From Octopus sinensis (Eukaryota): DNA of 64,000 nt. The translations under genes were made by a program, and so were the position numbers. Position 1 is the first letter of the stretch, and every line of letters begins with the position of its first letter. The notes under the pieces are model-generated. The model was given only the letters and a program-made list of their open reading frames with translations. It was not told where the DNA came from and ran no database searches. The stretch covers positions 87,668,001 to 87,732,000 of the forward strand of contig NC_043000.1 of the NCBI RefSeq assembly GCF_006345805.1. Direction: 5' to 3'. Shown here piece after piece: positions 37,796 to 50,095 of the stretch.

Positions 37796-38485
37796 ACAAC
37801 TTATAAATAAGGGCAAACGAAATAATTTCTAATGCCAAATATGTCGAAAATTGGACATATTGTCCATTACCATATAATTTTTCACAATATGCATGCATAT
37901 TGTGAAAAATTAGAAATTTTTTCGTTTGCCCTTATTTATAAGTTGTTTATAATTTTGACCATTAAAGGTATTTTTTAATATGCTGGCCATTGATAAAATT
38001 TTTTTTTTCGAAAAAAAAAAAAAAAATTATCCTACATTAAATATATATATATACATATATATGTTCATGGTTTAATAAGTTTTCTTTACAACCACATCAT
38101 TCTGTGTTTCTTCCATATGTGCATTTCTTTAGGTGAGTGTGCTCTTGCTGAGAAATTTCCAGATAAACCAGTGTTGTAAAATAAAAATACTTTATCCCTC
38201 CACCCATGTTGCAGAGATTCCCTTACACTTTGCACTATCCCCATTGGAAGTGCAGTTAACCAGGGATTGGCTCAATGATATTGGTCACAAAATACAGAAC
38301 ATAAAAAAAAAAAACCTAGTAATTATTTATGTTTTAGCACCCATCTTAATTGCTTCTCTTTAAAAGTAAAATGGAAAAAACTGTTATAAAAGGATTGAAG
38401 AACAAGGTTGGATAATTTCTAAATTATCTGTCAGTAGGAGAAATTAAAATAAAGGTTAAAAAGAAAAAAAAAAAAGACAACTTAC

Positions 38486-38561
38486 TATTTAGAATTCTTT
38501 TAGTTTGAGGTGTGATCTTGTCATCTGGTAGTTCATACATAATTAACAACCAGTCAATAAA
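38486..38561 (-). CDS. FOCAD: Focadhesin coding exon (76 nt, phase 0-1); absent from the ORF track
   Basis: Acceptor ataatttcag|TTT and donor AATA|GTAAGT. Encodes FIDWLLIMYELPDDKITPQTKRILN (cf. FOCAD FIDWLFSIME). Confidence 0.9.
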
Positions 38562-38990
38562 CTGAAATTATACAAATAAGATAATATAACAGTTAAACAA
38601 GTTGGATGTGATGTAAATGGTACTTGTGAATTGTAGTTTTGTAGTTATATTTGTTGATGCTGCCATATAAATGGTACCCATGAATCATAGTTGTGGTTGT
38701 TGCCAGTACGGTATAAAAGGCACTTGTGAATTATCATGACCGTTGTCAGTGCCATGTCAATGACAACCCTGCATTGTAATTGTGGTTGTTGTTGTTGCTG
38801 GTGTCATGTAAATGGTGCCCATGCTGATGGCATATAAAAGCACTTACTACACTCCTAGAGTGGTTGGCATTAAGAAGGGCAACCAGCCATAGAAATCATG
38901 CCAAATCAGCCTGGAACCTGGTGCAGCTCTCTGGCTTGTCAGTTCCAGTTAAACCATCTAGTTTGTGCCAGCATGGACAGTGGACATTAA

Positions 38991-39025
<35 letters not shown>

Positions 39026-39045
39026 TGTGAAAGGATGCTGCTTAA

Positions 39046-39266
39046 CCCTTTCGTTGCTGTATTTATTTTGAGATGCTCTGTGTTTCTTTCAATTACTTTA
39101 ACTATAACAAAGAATTTAGTAAAATAACTTCATTATCATTAAGCCAGTGTTAGGAACATAAATTGTGACTAAGGTTTGGTGGAAGATTTTAATTCAAAAC
39201 TTATGAAAAGAAGACATTTGTATTACAAAGCCAGAGCCGGTTTCAGCCGGGTTGGTAATGAAAGGG
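39046..39266. mobile_element. piggyBac-like MITE (TTAA TSD, CCCTTT ends)
   Basis: TTAA|CCCTTTC...GAAAGGG|TTAA; same family at 55812-56030 in the opposite orientation. Confidence 0.8.
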
Positions 39267-39717
39267 TTAAATAATCTAAGAAAATAAGATGAAAATTTGA
39301 TAATGACAATGATGATGTATGTGATTTGGAGATGACTCCCTGATTAATATAGTAATTATGATGATAATGTTGTTACTGATGGTGATAATAAAGTAAATGT
39401 TAGTCTGATTTGCAGTGATATTCTTTTACAATTTATTTTATTTTACTCTACATTCTAAAAATGGTTTAGGTAGGTTAATTTTAATGCTAAAATAATCCGA
39501 AAAAACATTGTATGCAATAAATCTACATTTTCTAGTTAAGAGTATTAGATAACCTGATCCATGTTTTACAATATTACAGTTCTATAACTAAGAGACAATA
39601 TACAGATCAAAGAATAACTAAATAGTATAGGGGTAGCTAAAGTAGACCACCTATATTTTACTCTAAGGTTTACTATTTCTGCTGCACTGTTAAAGCTTCA
39701 GGTTATAAGCATCACTT

Positions 39718-39720
<3 letters not shown>

Positions 39721-39768
<48 letters not shown>

Positions 39769-40380
39769 GAAATTATTGTATACAGTGCTCAGGTGCACTA
39801 CAACTTGTCAAAAGTGTGTGTAAAGCATATGCAGTAATGTACAAATGTCTGGAAAGTGAACAGTGTATGAGTCAGATATATGCTTGTGTGTGGATGGAGG
39901 GGTGAAAATCAGGTGTAGTGTTGGCAAATCTCAGGAAGCATGGAAGTTTTGAAGGATGCAGTGCTCTGACAACAAACAACTGATGCCAGCAGTTTGTTCC
40001 ATACTTCAGCAACTCTTAGCGTGAAGAAATGTTTCTGAAAGCCATGGGAGCTGTGCTGTTTTCTGACTCTGTAAACATGTTCACAGGTGCTAGACAGGTG
40101 GAGTTTGAAAAGGTGCTCAGAGTTATTGTTAATAATTTTATGGGTGTCTGCCATGGTTAATAATTTTATGGGTGTCTGCCAAGTCAGCTGCCAGATGTTG
40201 GAGTTTCAATGTATCCATACCCAGGGAAGTAAGGCGTTCAGAATATGGCAAATGCCTGATGGCGGGTATTCTCTTAATTGCACGTCACTGAATGGTTTCC
40301 AGATGATTAATATCCTGGGCAAGATAGGGGTTCCAGACCAGTGATGCAAATTTTAGGTGAGGCCACACCATCGCTAATGA
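39721..40380 (-). mobile_element. CR1-like LINE 3' end with (ATT)n tail
   Basis: HFFTLRVAEVWNKL motif; (AAT)n at 39721-39765. Confidence 0.75.
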
Positions 40381-41559
40381 AATAATTTTGTGTTCTAATG
40401 CCAGACACTAACACTAAAAGTTGACATCCAAGTAAAAGTCCAAAATGTTTAATTCTAATTCAAAATTCAAAATGTTTCTTCACTGTTAAACATAAAAATC
40501 CCAAATCTTTTTCTGGAAAGTTCTTATATTCTAGTTTAGTGAAAAATCTATGGATAACTAAAAGGTTTACAATGTTCAGATTATGTAAAGGAAGGGTTTA
40601 AAATTAATGTCAGAGTTAATATTCAATAAGAAGCTTTGGTTTTAAGCAAATATCCATCAATATACAGTCATATACTCTGTAATCTTGTCATTGAAGCTAT
40701 TATAAAAGAAACTAAGTTGGACATAGTGGGTTCTCTAAACAAATAATTTGGCTCTCATGATGTAATCAATCTAGAAGCAGTAAAATTTTGAAATACAAAA
40801 GTGATGTTGCCTCCAGTAAAAATGGTTGAAAGTGGGTAAGATCAATACAAAGTCATTTACTAGTGTTCTAGAGTGTTCAACACCATTGGGAAAATAACTA
40901 TGCTTCTCACATATGTGTGTGTGTGCACGAAGAAAGTGAGACAGTAAGAAAGAGAGAGATGATAGAAGTTTAGTTTTTTGTAAACATGAACTATAACAGA
41001 ATTTTACTCCAACTAAAAATCAATACTATACACCTTAAGCAACTATTAACAAAGGCAGCCACATACTGAAGACAATGAATCACACTACTGGCCTACAGGA
41101 GACAACAGATTAAGTTATATTACTTAAAAGACATAATTAGTATAGGTAAAGAATCAATTATTGTACAATGTCTAGAATACAAAGTTTAATGACAATGATA
41201 TATGGCAGTGAACATTTGAGAACTTAGTGATGTAATAACAACTATAAGCATGTGGTAAGCAGTACAATGGACAAATATAGGATCAGTGAGTTATCTAAAA
41301 TCAACTATAGGAGGTAAACTTTCACAAATGAAATGAAACAGGGATAGCATGTTTCAAAATATGGTGTTGTGATAGAAATCTAAGGCCAGTACAAAAATGA
41401 ACATTTTATATTGGTAACAGTGATGGTAGTAGTAATAATTCTGCAATTTAAGAATAATAATATTGATTGTACACATACAGTGGAATAATTTTAGGTAAAT
41501 AATGTTGAATGAGTAGAATAACAATAAAAATGGTTGAATCATAACAAAGTGTTGCAGTT

Positions 41560-41655
41560 AGTGTACATGTAGGAGTTCACCAAGGATCAGTTCTCAGCTC
41601 CCTCTTGTTTATCATAGTCCTCCAGGCTATAACAGGAATTTAAGACTGGCTAACC
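41560..41655 (+). mobile_element. Short RTE RT fragment
   Basis: VGVHQGSVLSSLLFIIVLQAI. Confidence 0.7.
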
Positions 41656-41679
41656 TTGACCTTGGTAGAACTTTAATTC

Positions 41680-43240
41680 AGGATGTAACGATGAGCGAAA
41701 AACTGCTAAGTATTTTGTCCAGTGCACTAATGATTCTGACAGTACATGGATTTACTAAAGAAATAAACATAAAATTTGGTTTAGAAAAATGTGCCAAAGC
41801 AACTTTTAAAAGAGGAAAACTAGTTAAGAGTAGCAACATCACACGAGATAAAGCAAATGAAATAAGAGAATTAGACCAAAGCCAGACATACAAATGCATA
41901 GGAATCAACGAACCAGATACAATACAATGCACACAAATGAAATAGAAGATAAGAAAAGAATACTATAGACAAGTTAGCTTAATATCGAAAACAGAGCTCA
42001 ATGTGAAAAACAAGATAATAGGTATCAAAACTCTAGCTGTCCCTGTAATAAGTTACAGCAACAATATTCTTAACTGGGTTCTAAATGAACTAATCAAAAT
42101 AGACAGGAAAACAAGAAAAATAATGACAGGATTTAGGATACATCACCCAAAATCTGACATGGAAGGTGGTAGAGGCCTTATACAGTTAGAAAACTATGAT
42201 AAAATAACCACCATAGGACTACAAAAATACCTGCTTCAGAAGCAAGGAAAGTTAATATAAATAACCACAAAACACGAACAAAACAAAAAACTGTTTTCAG
42301 TCTTTAAGGAAGCTGACAAATACAAAAAAGAAATCATAGTATCTAACAACTAGGAAGAAATAGAAGAAACAACAAAAGCTGTAAAACAAATGAAATCCAA
42401 ACTAAAACTGGAACAGCAATGGATCATGATAAGACAATGGCAAGAAAAGCCCCTTCATGGCAAATACTGGGTTAAACTAAACAGAAAAGAAATAGATAAA
42501 GCCAAATCCCAACAATGGTTGAGAAGATCAGGACTCAAAGCAGAGACTGAAGGATTTTTAATTGTAGTACAAAGTCAAAGCCTCCCCACCAAAAATTACT
42601 AAAAACATGTAATAAAAAGAAATACAAATAACTTCAGAATATTTGGTGATGGAGAAGAAATAGAAAATCATATTGTCTCTGGCTGCCCAGTCCTGGCTAA
42701 GAAGGAATATATTCACAGACACAACAGAGTTGGGATCTATATATACTGGAAGTTATACCAACACTATGGAATAACAACAGAAAATAGATGGTATAGGTAC
42801 ATGCTAGAAAACGTCACAGAAAATGAGAAAGCAACCATACTATGAGATATGCTAATACACACAGATAGAAAAATTAAGGTCAATAGGCTGGATATAGTTG
42901 TCAGAGATCAATAAAAAATGCTTTCTAACTGATGTATCAATACCAGCAGTTGACAACGTTTCTCTAAAAGAAACGGAAGAACTTTCAAAATACAAAGAAC
43001 AGGAAATAGAGGTAACTTGAATGTAGAGTCTAGAAACAGAAACAATTCCTATCATAGTTGGTGCATTAGATATGATAAAAAAAATATTCAGACAAATACA
43101 TAGCAAAAAACACCAAGACTAACAAGTGTATATAACATACAGAAAATAGTAATACTAGGCACCACACACAACCTATGTAAAACACCTTCAATACAGTAAC
43201 AATAAGAGCATCACAACAAACCACAGCACATACCCAAAGC
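41680..43240 (+). mobile_element. R2-superfamily (R4/Dong-like) non-LTR fragment: RT end, CCHC, restriction-like endonuclease
   Basis: IKFGLEKCAK, GGRGL, W..KPLHGKY, ETEGFL.VQ.Q.L.TKNY, HIVSGCPVLAKKEYIHRHNRV, NRLDIVV. Confidence 0.88.
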
Positions 43241-43329
43241 ATACAGAGCTGTGGTCAGTAGTGCAGTGAAAGTATGTGATAAAAATAAGACTACAGAATA
43301 ATGATGTTTCTGCTGTGCTGCATCTGTAA

Positions 43330-43780
43330 CAGAGTGGATGAAACCATTGCCTATATGATGAACGAATGCCCTGGACTTGCCCCAAACCTCATCATGTTGT
43401 GGTGACATGACCACATAGTGAAAGTGCTGCATTGGAAACTGTGGAAAAAGTGGGGGCAAGAGAGAAAGAGAGAGGCAAGACATGGAATAAGTACAAACTG
43501 CAGAGAGTGACAGTGTTGGAGACTAGCAAAATCCTCTAGAATTTCCCAATCCAAACCGATCAGGTGCTAGTTGATGTTTTGTGCCCTTTTGACCCATGAA
43601 TAGTCAAGAAGGAAGGTGAAAAAATAGATAAATATAACCCTCTTAAGTACAAAATAGCCCAGCTAAAGAAAATGAAGATGAAGATAGTGCCAATTATAAG
43701 AATAATCAGGAAAGTACCAGATAGTTGAAAAAAATGGATAGCATGGTACCATAGGCTGCAGGTAGCAAGCCTGCTACACA
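43330..43780 (+). mobile_element. Second, more decayed R2-superfamily endonuclease fragment
   Basis: HDHIVKVLHWKLWKK...KIL*NFPIQTD...EKIDKY..LK. Confidence 0.6.
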
Positions 43781-44683
43781 TGCAAGACTCCAGGAATTCC
43801 AACAAAACCTGTGATAAAAAGAAAATAATAATATAGTCCTTTATGCAAAAGTAAAAGGTCTGAAACTCTGCGAAAGTGAGCTAGTTGATGACATGAACCC
43901 CAGTGCTTGACATGTACTTATTTCATTGACCCAGAAAAGATTAAAAGCAAAGGTGATGATGATGATGCTAACAGTGGTGGTGGTGATAGTGGTTGTTGTT
44001 ATGGTAGTGGTTTGTGGTGGTAAAAATGATGGTGGTGGTCTTAGTGATGAGGATAATTTGAACCTTAACTATTGATAAGGAGTTCAGTGGCAAACCCAAA
44101 TATAAATAAATCTTGGTTAGAATTTCCAATCATGAGTGTTCAATAGATCAATCAATTGAAATACCAGACTCGTAGAATTAGCACGCAAGCGGCTGAGTAT
44201 TCCTCACATGAAATCAAATAGGACACAGTGTGTGTGACAAAGTTGAAAAATTTGAATTACAGATACAATCCATCCAATGGCATTCCATACAGTTTCCATC
44301 TGCTCAATTTCACTCTCAAAGTTTGGGTTGACCTGAGGTTATAGAGAAACACATTTGCATAACATGCCATGCAATGGGATTGAACCTGAGACTACATGAT
44401 TGTGAAGTGAACACTAACCATTCAGCCATAAATGATACGCAGAAAGTTTACTTATATAAAAGACATTATTTAAAAATATATAATTCATAGTATCCTTACA
44501 AAGACTTCAGCAAATTATCAATTTAATTTCAAGTGATAATTCTAAGTGATTAATTTAGAAGGTAAGAAAACTATTTTCCATTAATTATAACTCAAGCAAT
44601 AAATATTATCCTAAGAGTTCTAATAATGTCAAGCTAATAGCAGCTAATTACAACAGTGAAAATATATAAATATGGAAACTTGC

Positions 44684-44926
44684 CATGTTAAGTACTGCTT
44701 TCCAAGGTTCTTGAGTTAAACAAGTGACACAAGTTGGCAACAACTGGAGCCAATAATTGGGTTGATGCTTTAAAGAGAGAGAGATTTCCTGCATTTTTAT
44801 ACCATCTTGATGTTTTTCGACCAAATCCACCATAAATGCTGGATGTTGACCAGATATTGTGCTGGCTATAGATGATGTCCAACAACAAATGGCTGCTGAA
44901 ACTATCTGAATTGCAAAATCTAAAGC
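44684..44926 (-). CDS. FOCAD: Focadhesin coding exon (243 nt, phase 0-0) with GC splice donor
   Basis: Acceptor poly-T tgcag|GCT and donor ATG|GCAAGT. Encodes ALDFAIQIVSAAICCW...WLQLLPTCVTCLTQEPWKAVLNM (cf. FOCAD ALDFFLLIFATAVVAW...LLPNSMALLLQKEPWK). Confidence 0.9.
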
Positions 44927-45309
44927 CTGCAAAAAAAAAAAAAATTCAACAGAGAATAATTTATTAATTCATAGACACAATATCTATAAATAATTTGAGA
45001 CATAAGATACACCTTTTTTTTTCCTAATAGACATATAACTTTAGATTCCCTGAGAAACACTATGGTTACACAGCAGGTTTTAGTTCATCATGATCGTAAT
45101 ATATATATATCATCATCATCATCGTTTAACGTCCGTTTTCCGCGCTATATATATATATATATATAAATACAAAACTAGTTACCAGAAATAAGACATGCCT
45201 GGTGTAAGCTATGGACACATGAGAGGTGCAGCAATATCAAAAGAAGGCTATCTGGGAAAATAGATTTTGTGTGTGGCAGATGCACAGGGGCAATAAATAC
45301 TGAAAATGT

Positions 45310-46100
45310 GCAGAAAACAGCTTCCATTACATACCAGGGGGGAAAAACTAGAAGTAGTTGATAGCTTCTGTTACCTAGGTGACCAAGTCAGTACTGGGGG
45401 TGGATGCTCTGAGAGCATAGCTGCTAGAATAAGAATAGCCTGGGCAAAGTTCAGAGAGTTCCTACCTCTGCTGCTAACAAAGAGCCTTTCACTCAGAGTG
45501 AAAGGTAGAGTGTATAATGCATGTGTGCGAACTGCCATGCTACATGGCAGTCAAACATGGGCTGTGACTGCTAAGGAGATGTGTAAGCTTGCAAGAAATG
45601 AAGCTAGTATGCTCCGCTGGATGTATAATGGCAGTCTACGTACACAACATAGCGTAGGTGCTGAGAGAGAAAAGTTGGATGCAAGAAGCATCAGATGTGG
45701 TGTGCAAGAAAGATGACTGTGCTGGTATGGTCATGTGTTGCGTATGGATGAGGACAGCTGTGGGGGGAACCTGTGGAAGTAGTAGACACAGGAAGATCTG
45801 CGATGAGGTGATGAAGCATGACCTTTGAACGTTGGGCCTCATGGAGGCAATGAAAAGCAACCGAGACCTTTGGAGAAATGCTGTGCTTGAAAAAATCCAG
45901 CAAGCCAAGTGAGACCATAACCGTGGCTTATGCCAGTGTTACATAACCAGCCCATTTAAGAATACCCTTCAATTATTGGGCAATATACTGTACTTGAGAA
46001 GATCAGTTCAGTCAAGCGAAATTAGTCGTGGCCAATGCCAGTACCACCTGACTGGTACTCATGCCGGTGGCATGTAGAAAGCACCATTCTAGTGTGGTCG
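45310..46100 (+). mobile_element. RTE LINE C-terminal fragment with 3' UTR
   Basis: LEVVDSFCYLGDQVSTGGGCSESIAARIRIAWAKFRE...YNACVRTAMLHGSQTW...WYGHVLRM. Confidence 0.9.
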
Positions 46101-49100
46101 ATGCCAGTCCCACTGACACTTTATACAAGTGTCTTCTGGTATAGCCTCAGGCTGGTGAAAGCCTGTCATGTGTGTGTGTGCGTGTGTGTGTGTTTACGTG
46201 CTTGTATCCCCACTACCACTTGACAACCAGTGCTGGGGTCAATTCGCTCAACTAAAAATTCTTCAAGGCAGTGCCCCAGCATGACCGCAGTCTAATGACT
46301 GAAACAAATAAAAGATAAAAGATACTAATACAATACACCCTCATAGGCTCACCTTGCATGTAAAATATGGAGCAAAACATTATAATAACACACACCACGA
46401 AACAAAATTAGATAGGAAAATTCTAAAGAATACATGTGTACTCTAAATACTAGAGGAGAATACAGTCAATAAAATTCCCCACAGATATAGAGCATTAATT
46501 GTGGAAGCCATATGCATATTGTAATACAATGCTGAAATCAACATGCAAACATACACACCAAAAAGTTAATGTGTGGCTACTGACATAAAAACCTGAAAGT
46601 CAAAAATTTGACAGCAGCAAGCAAATCAACACATGACTGCTGATGTATGGAGCTAATGGATAAACATGATTTGGCAGGAAGTCTGCGGGAATTCAACTAG
46701 TGTATAAAGAAACAAAATAGATGCCAAATATATTCAATTTGCGAGAATAAGACTGTGAAGGTCTGGAAACATTGAATATGAATTTAGGAAATTTATTGTT
46801 CCAAACCAACTGTAAAAAAAACTAATAAGAAAATACTAAAAATATAAACTAACTAAAGATAAAACATGAACACAGTTTGTATTTAATGAAACATTTTCTT
46901 TTTATATAACTATCAAACTTTAGCCTTACTGAAAAAAATAAATAAGGTTTTTTGTTGTGAGCAGAAAAAATTGCTAGTTTCTAATATTAGATCTTTATCA
47001 GAGAAAAGGACACACATCTCTTGTCTTCTGAGATATTAATGGCTAATAGTTGTTTATAGTGTGTAGAAACTAGGATTCAGTTAAACTGGTCAGTCTAATT
47101 TGCATAACAGTACATGCACTGACAAGGTGCATTATTTAATTCATAGTGTCATACATAATACAAAATTAAAAATATTTTAAACTACCAGTGATAATTCAAT
47201 AAATATGTGGTATCAGTCAATTATTTATTTCTTATGATATGACATTAGCTAAGAGAGTGGGTAAATATCTGGTGTCTTAATGAGGAAAACATGGATTTGA
47301 AATACACAAAGACAAGAGAATCATTAATTGACCAAGATTTTTTCCAACAACTACATTTGTATGCTGTCTACCCATGACAGGTAAACTCCCATAGCAAGAA
47401 AGAGTTGTTGTTAGAGATCACAACTTCTTTTCTTCTTTTTTGACTTAATGTTTTCAAGATGAAAGGAAAGGAGGAACCTTCAAATCAGTCTTAGTCGAGA
47501 TGGTTACAATATGTTAGACTAGGCATAAGCAAACTTCTTGAGACGTGGGCTGCATGTGATATGATGCTTCATCAGTTATGTTGTACTACAAATAAATTCA
47601 AAGTAATTTTTTGTTAGACGAGCAAGTCAGAAAGTCCTATGGGCTGCATGTAGTAGTTTGCCCATGACTGCATTAGACACTGTAAAAGACATTCAAATGC
47701 AGGGAGATGGCATTAAATCTGGTGACCATTAAGAAGAAAAATAGTCCCTCCAATGGGCTTCAGCACATTTTCCATCAGTGTAAAAGGTTTTGTTCAACAG
47801 AGGAGTATGGTAGAAGATGCTTCAATAATGATGCTTTGCAGTGGGATTGAACACATGCAATTGTGAAACTAAATTCTCAACTATGAAACCACATCTGTGC
47901 CAGTGTTGAAAATTGGAGGATATTGCTTTCGTAGGAAAAAAAAATGATAAAAGAAGAAATCTGAACAAAAGGATATACAAGTTTTGACAGTTTATCAATT
48001 ACTACTAACAAAAACAGTGGCAAGTGCTAAATATTTGAATATATTCAAACTTACTTCACTAGATAAAAATTGTAGATATGTAACTGGCAAAACATTATTA
48101 ATGCATGTGGGAATATATTAAAAAAGAGAACAAAATATAAATAACAAACAATATAGCAATTATATTACAACTTGATTTTTGTATTAACAGAAAGACATAT
48201 TCAGCTGCGATTGCACTGATAAAAATAAAGACAGATATGTTCAAATCATGCTAAGAAAACAAAAAAGTCAGAAGTAATTATAGACAAGAGTTTGATGGGG
48301 CACGACAGAAAACAAACTAGTTGGGAGATGGTGAAGAAGGTAAAAGTGTGGTTGGGGGATATGGCTCTTGGGACGAGTGGGTGAGGGAAGTGAGGGTGTA
48401 AGGGTGAAACGGTGGTAGCAGAGGTAGTGTGCTGAAGGGAGTAAGGAAAGAGAGGCACTAATAACAGGTGAGTGTCTGTGTGTGTGTGTGAGAGAGAGAG
48501 AGATGGATAGATAGATAGATAGAGGGAGAGAGAGAGAGAGAACAAGTAGTAGCCATGGATGTGAGTAGAGAAGAGAAAGAAAGATGATGTCAATAAGGAG
48601 TAATTTGGTAGAGAGGGAGTACTGAAAGGTGGATATAAGAATATATCTGATGTAATCTGTTATTACATAGACATCATAATAGGAGAGAAAGAGAGAGTGA
48701 GGGAGAGAGAGAATGAGAGAGAGAAGGAGAGAAAGAGAAGGAGAGAGAGAGGATGATAAGGAATATGGTAGAAGAATTGCGTTTGGAGTGATCTATTGTG
48801 AGCCACAATGCAAACTCTATTGCGACTGAGCAATACACATAACAGTTCATGGAAATAAGATCACCTGAAGGTTCTAAGTCAAGTCTTTATTGGAAGTGGC
48901 ATTTCAAAAAAACAGCAGGAGGACACCTAAGAATCATGACCTCAGTGAGCCTGGCTTCCTTAGAGTGTCAAGAACTAATGGGCTGAAATACTTGCTTGAT
49001 AGTTCTTCCACTCTTTGTTTTTTGCTCTTGTTTTAGTCATTTGACTGCAGCCATGCTGGAGCACCGCCTTTAGTTAAGCAAATCGACCCCAGGACTTATT

Positions 49101-49282
49101 CTTTGTAAGTCTAATACTTATTCTATCGGTCTCTTTTGCCGAACCACTAAGTTACGGGTATGTAAACACACCAACATTGGTTGTCAAACGATGTTGGGTG
49201 GGTGGGGAACATAGACACACAAACATATACACACACATACATATATATGTATATCTATATCTATATCTATCTATATATATAT

Positions 49283-50052
49283 AGTCTACGTAAAAGAATG
49301 GCCCTGCACAGAACCCAGATAAAAATTCCCCAAAACAGAAAAATAGCATTCAGCCAACACATAGACATTTGTGTTAACAACAAAAATCCAAGCTTTAGGA
49401 TTTTTCCCCTCTACCAATTCAGGGACGATACAACCTGGAGCCAACGAATTAGTAAAGAAACTCTCTTTATTACAAAATACAGGCCCCACTGCCTTAGAAT
49501 AACACAAATACACATGCAAATATTAAATTCCTAAGAATCCATTAAAAAACAGCCCCAATCACTGCTATAATCCATAATGTGCCAACTTTAAGTCATTTAA
49601 CATTTCACTCATTCTTATTCTCCCTTCTCTTTCTTCTTCTTCTTCTTCTCCTTCCTGATTTTATCACTAATGCTTTTTAGAATAACACCTTTGCAAATTC
49701 TATAAACAAAACATTCAAAAGAAATATTCTCATGAATTGAACAGCAACTGCTAGCAGCCACTGACAATTCAAAATACTACAATCATGGCACTCCCAAATT
49801 CTTCGTTTTCTTCTTCGCTACCAAGAATTCACAACCCACTAGAGTAAACAAGAGAGACAGAGACAGGCAGAAACAAGGAAAATGCCACTTCTATTTGAAC
49901 ACTATACAAATATTCCTTTAAAAAATTTTTCTTTTAATTTTTCTAAATTTAGTTATTTAATTGTTACGGTTGAAAAAGTCTCAATGACTGAAACCGGTAC
50001 TGAAATGTTCTTTATAAAATTATTTTAGCATTTTCTATCTTGACTTGTTTTT

Positions 50053-50055
<3 letters not shown>
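49283..50055 (+). mobile_element. PLE fragment: GIY-YIG C-terminus plus pseudo-LTR
   Basis: SLRKRMALHRTQIKIPQNRKIAFSQHIDIC...PLYQF...KETLFITKYRP aligns with SLRNRMAVHKSQIRNPDYRKIPVSGHIDRC...PLYKF...KELYFIKKFRP at 9.7-9.9 kb. Confidence 0.85.
49963..50006 (+). ncRNA. Hammerhead motif, U3-A8 variant, at the end of a PLE pseudo-LTR
   Basis: gttacgg-TTGAAAA-AGTCtcaatGACT-GAAA-CCGG-TA-ctgaaat. Confidence 0.65.

Positions 50056-50095
<40 letters not shown>

Noticed and set aside
41034-41092. 59-nt minus-strand segment with ctgtag acceptor and AG|GT donor (ASSVIHCLQYVAAFVNSCL)
   Set aside because: The flanking FOCAD exons already join in frame without it, it would shift the frame, and I see no FOCAD similarity. 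At most a cryptic exon.
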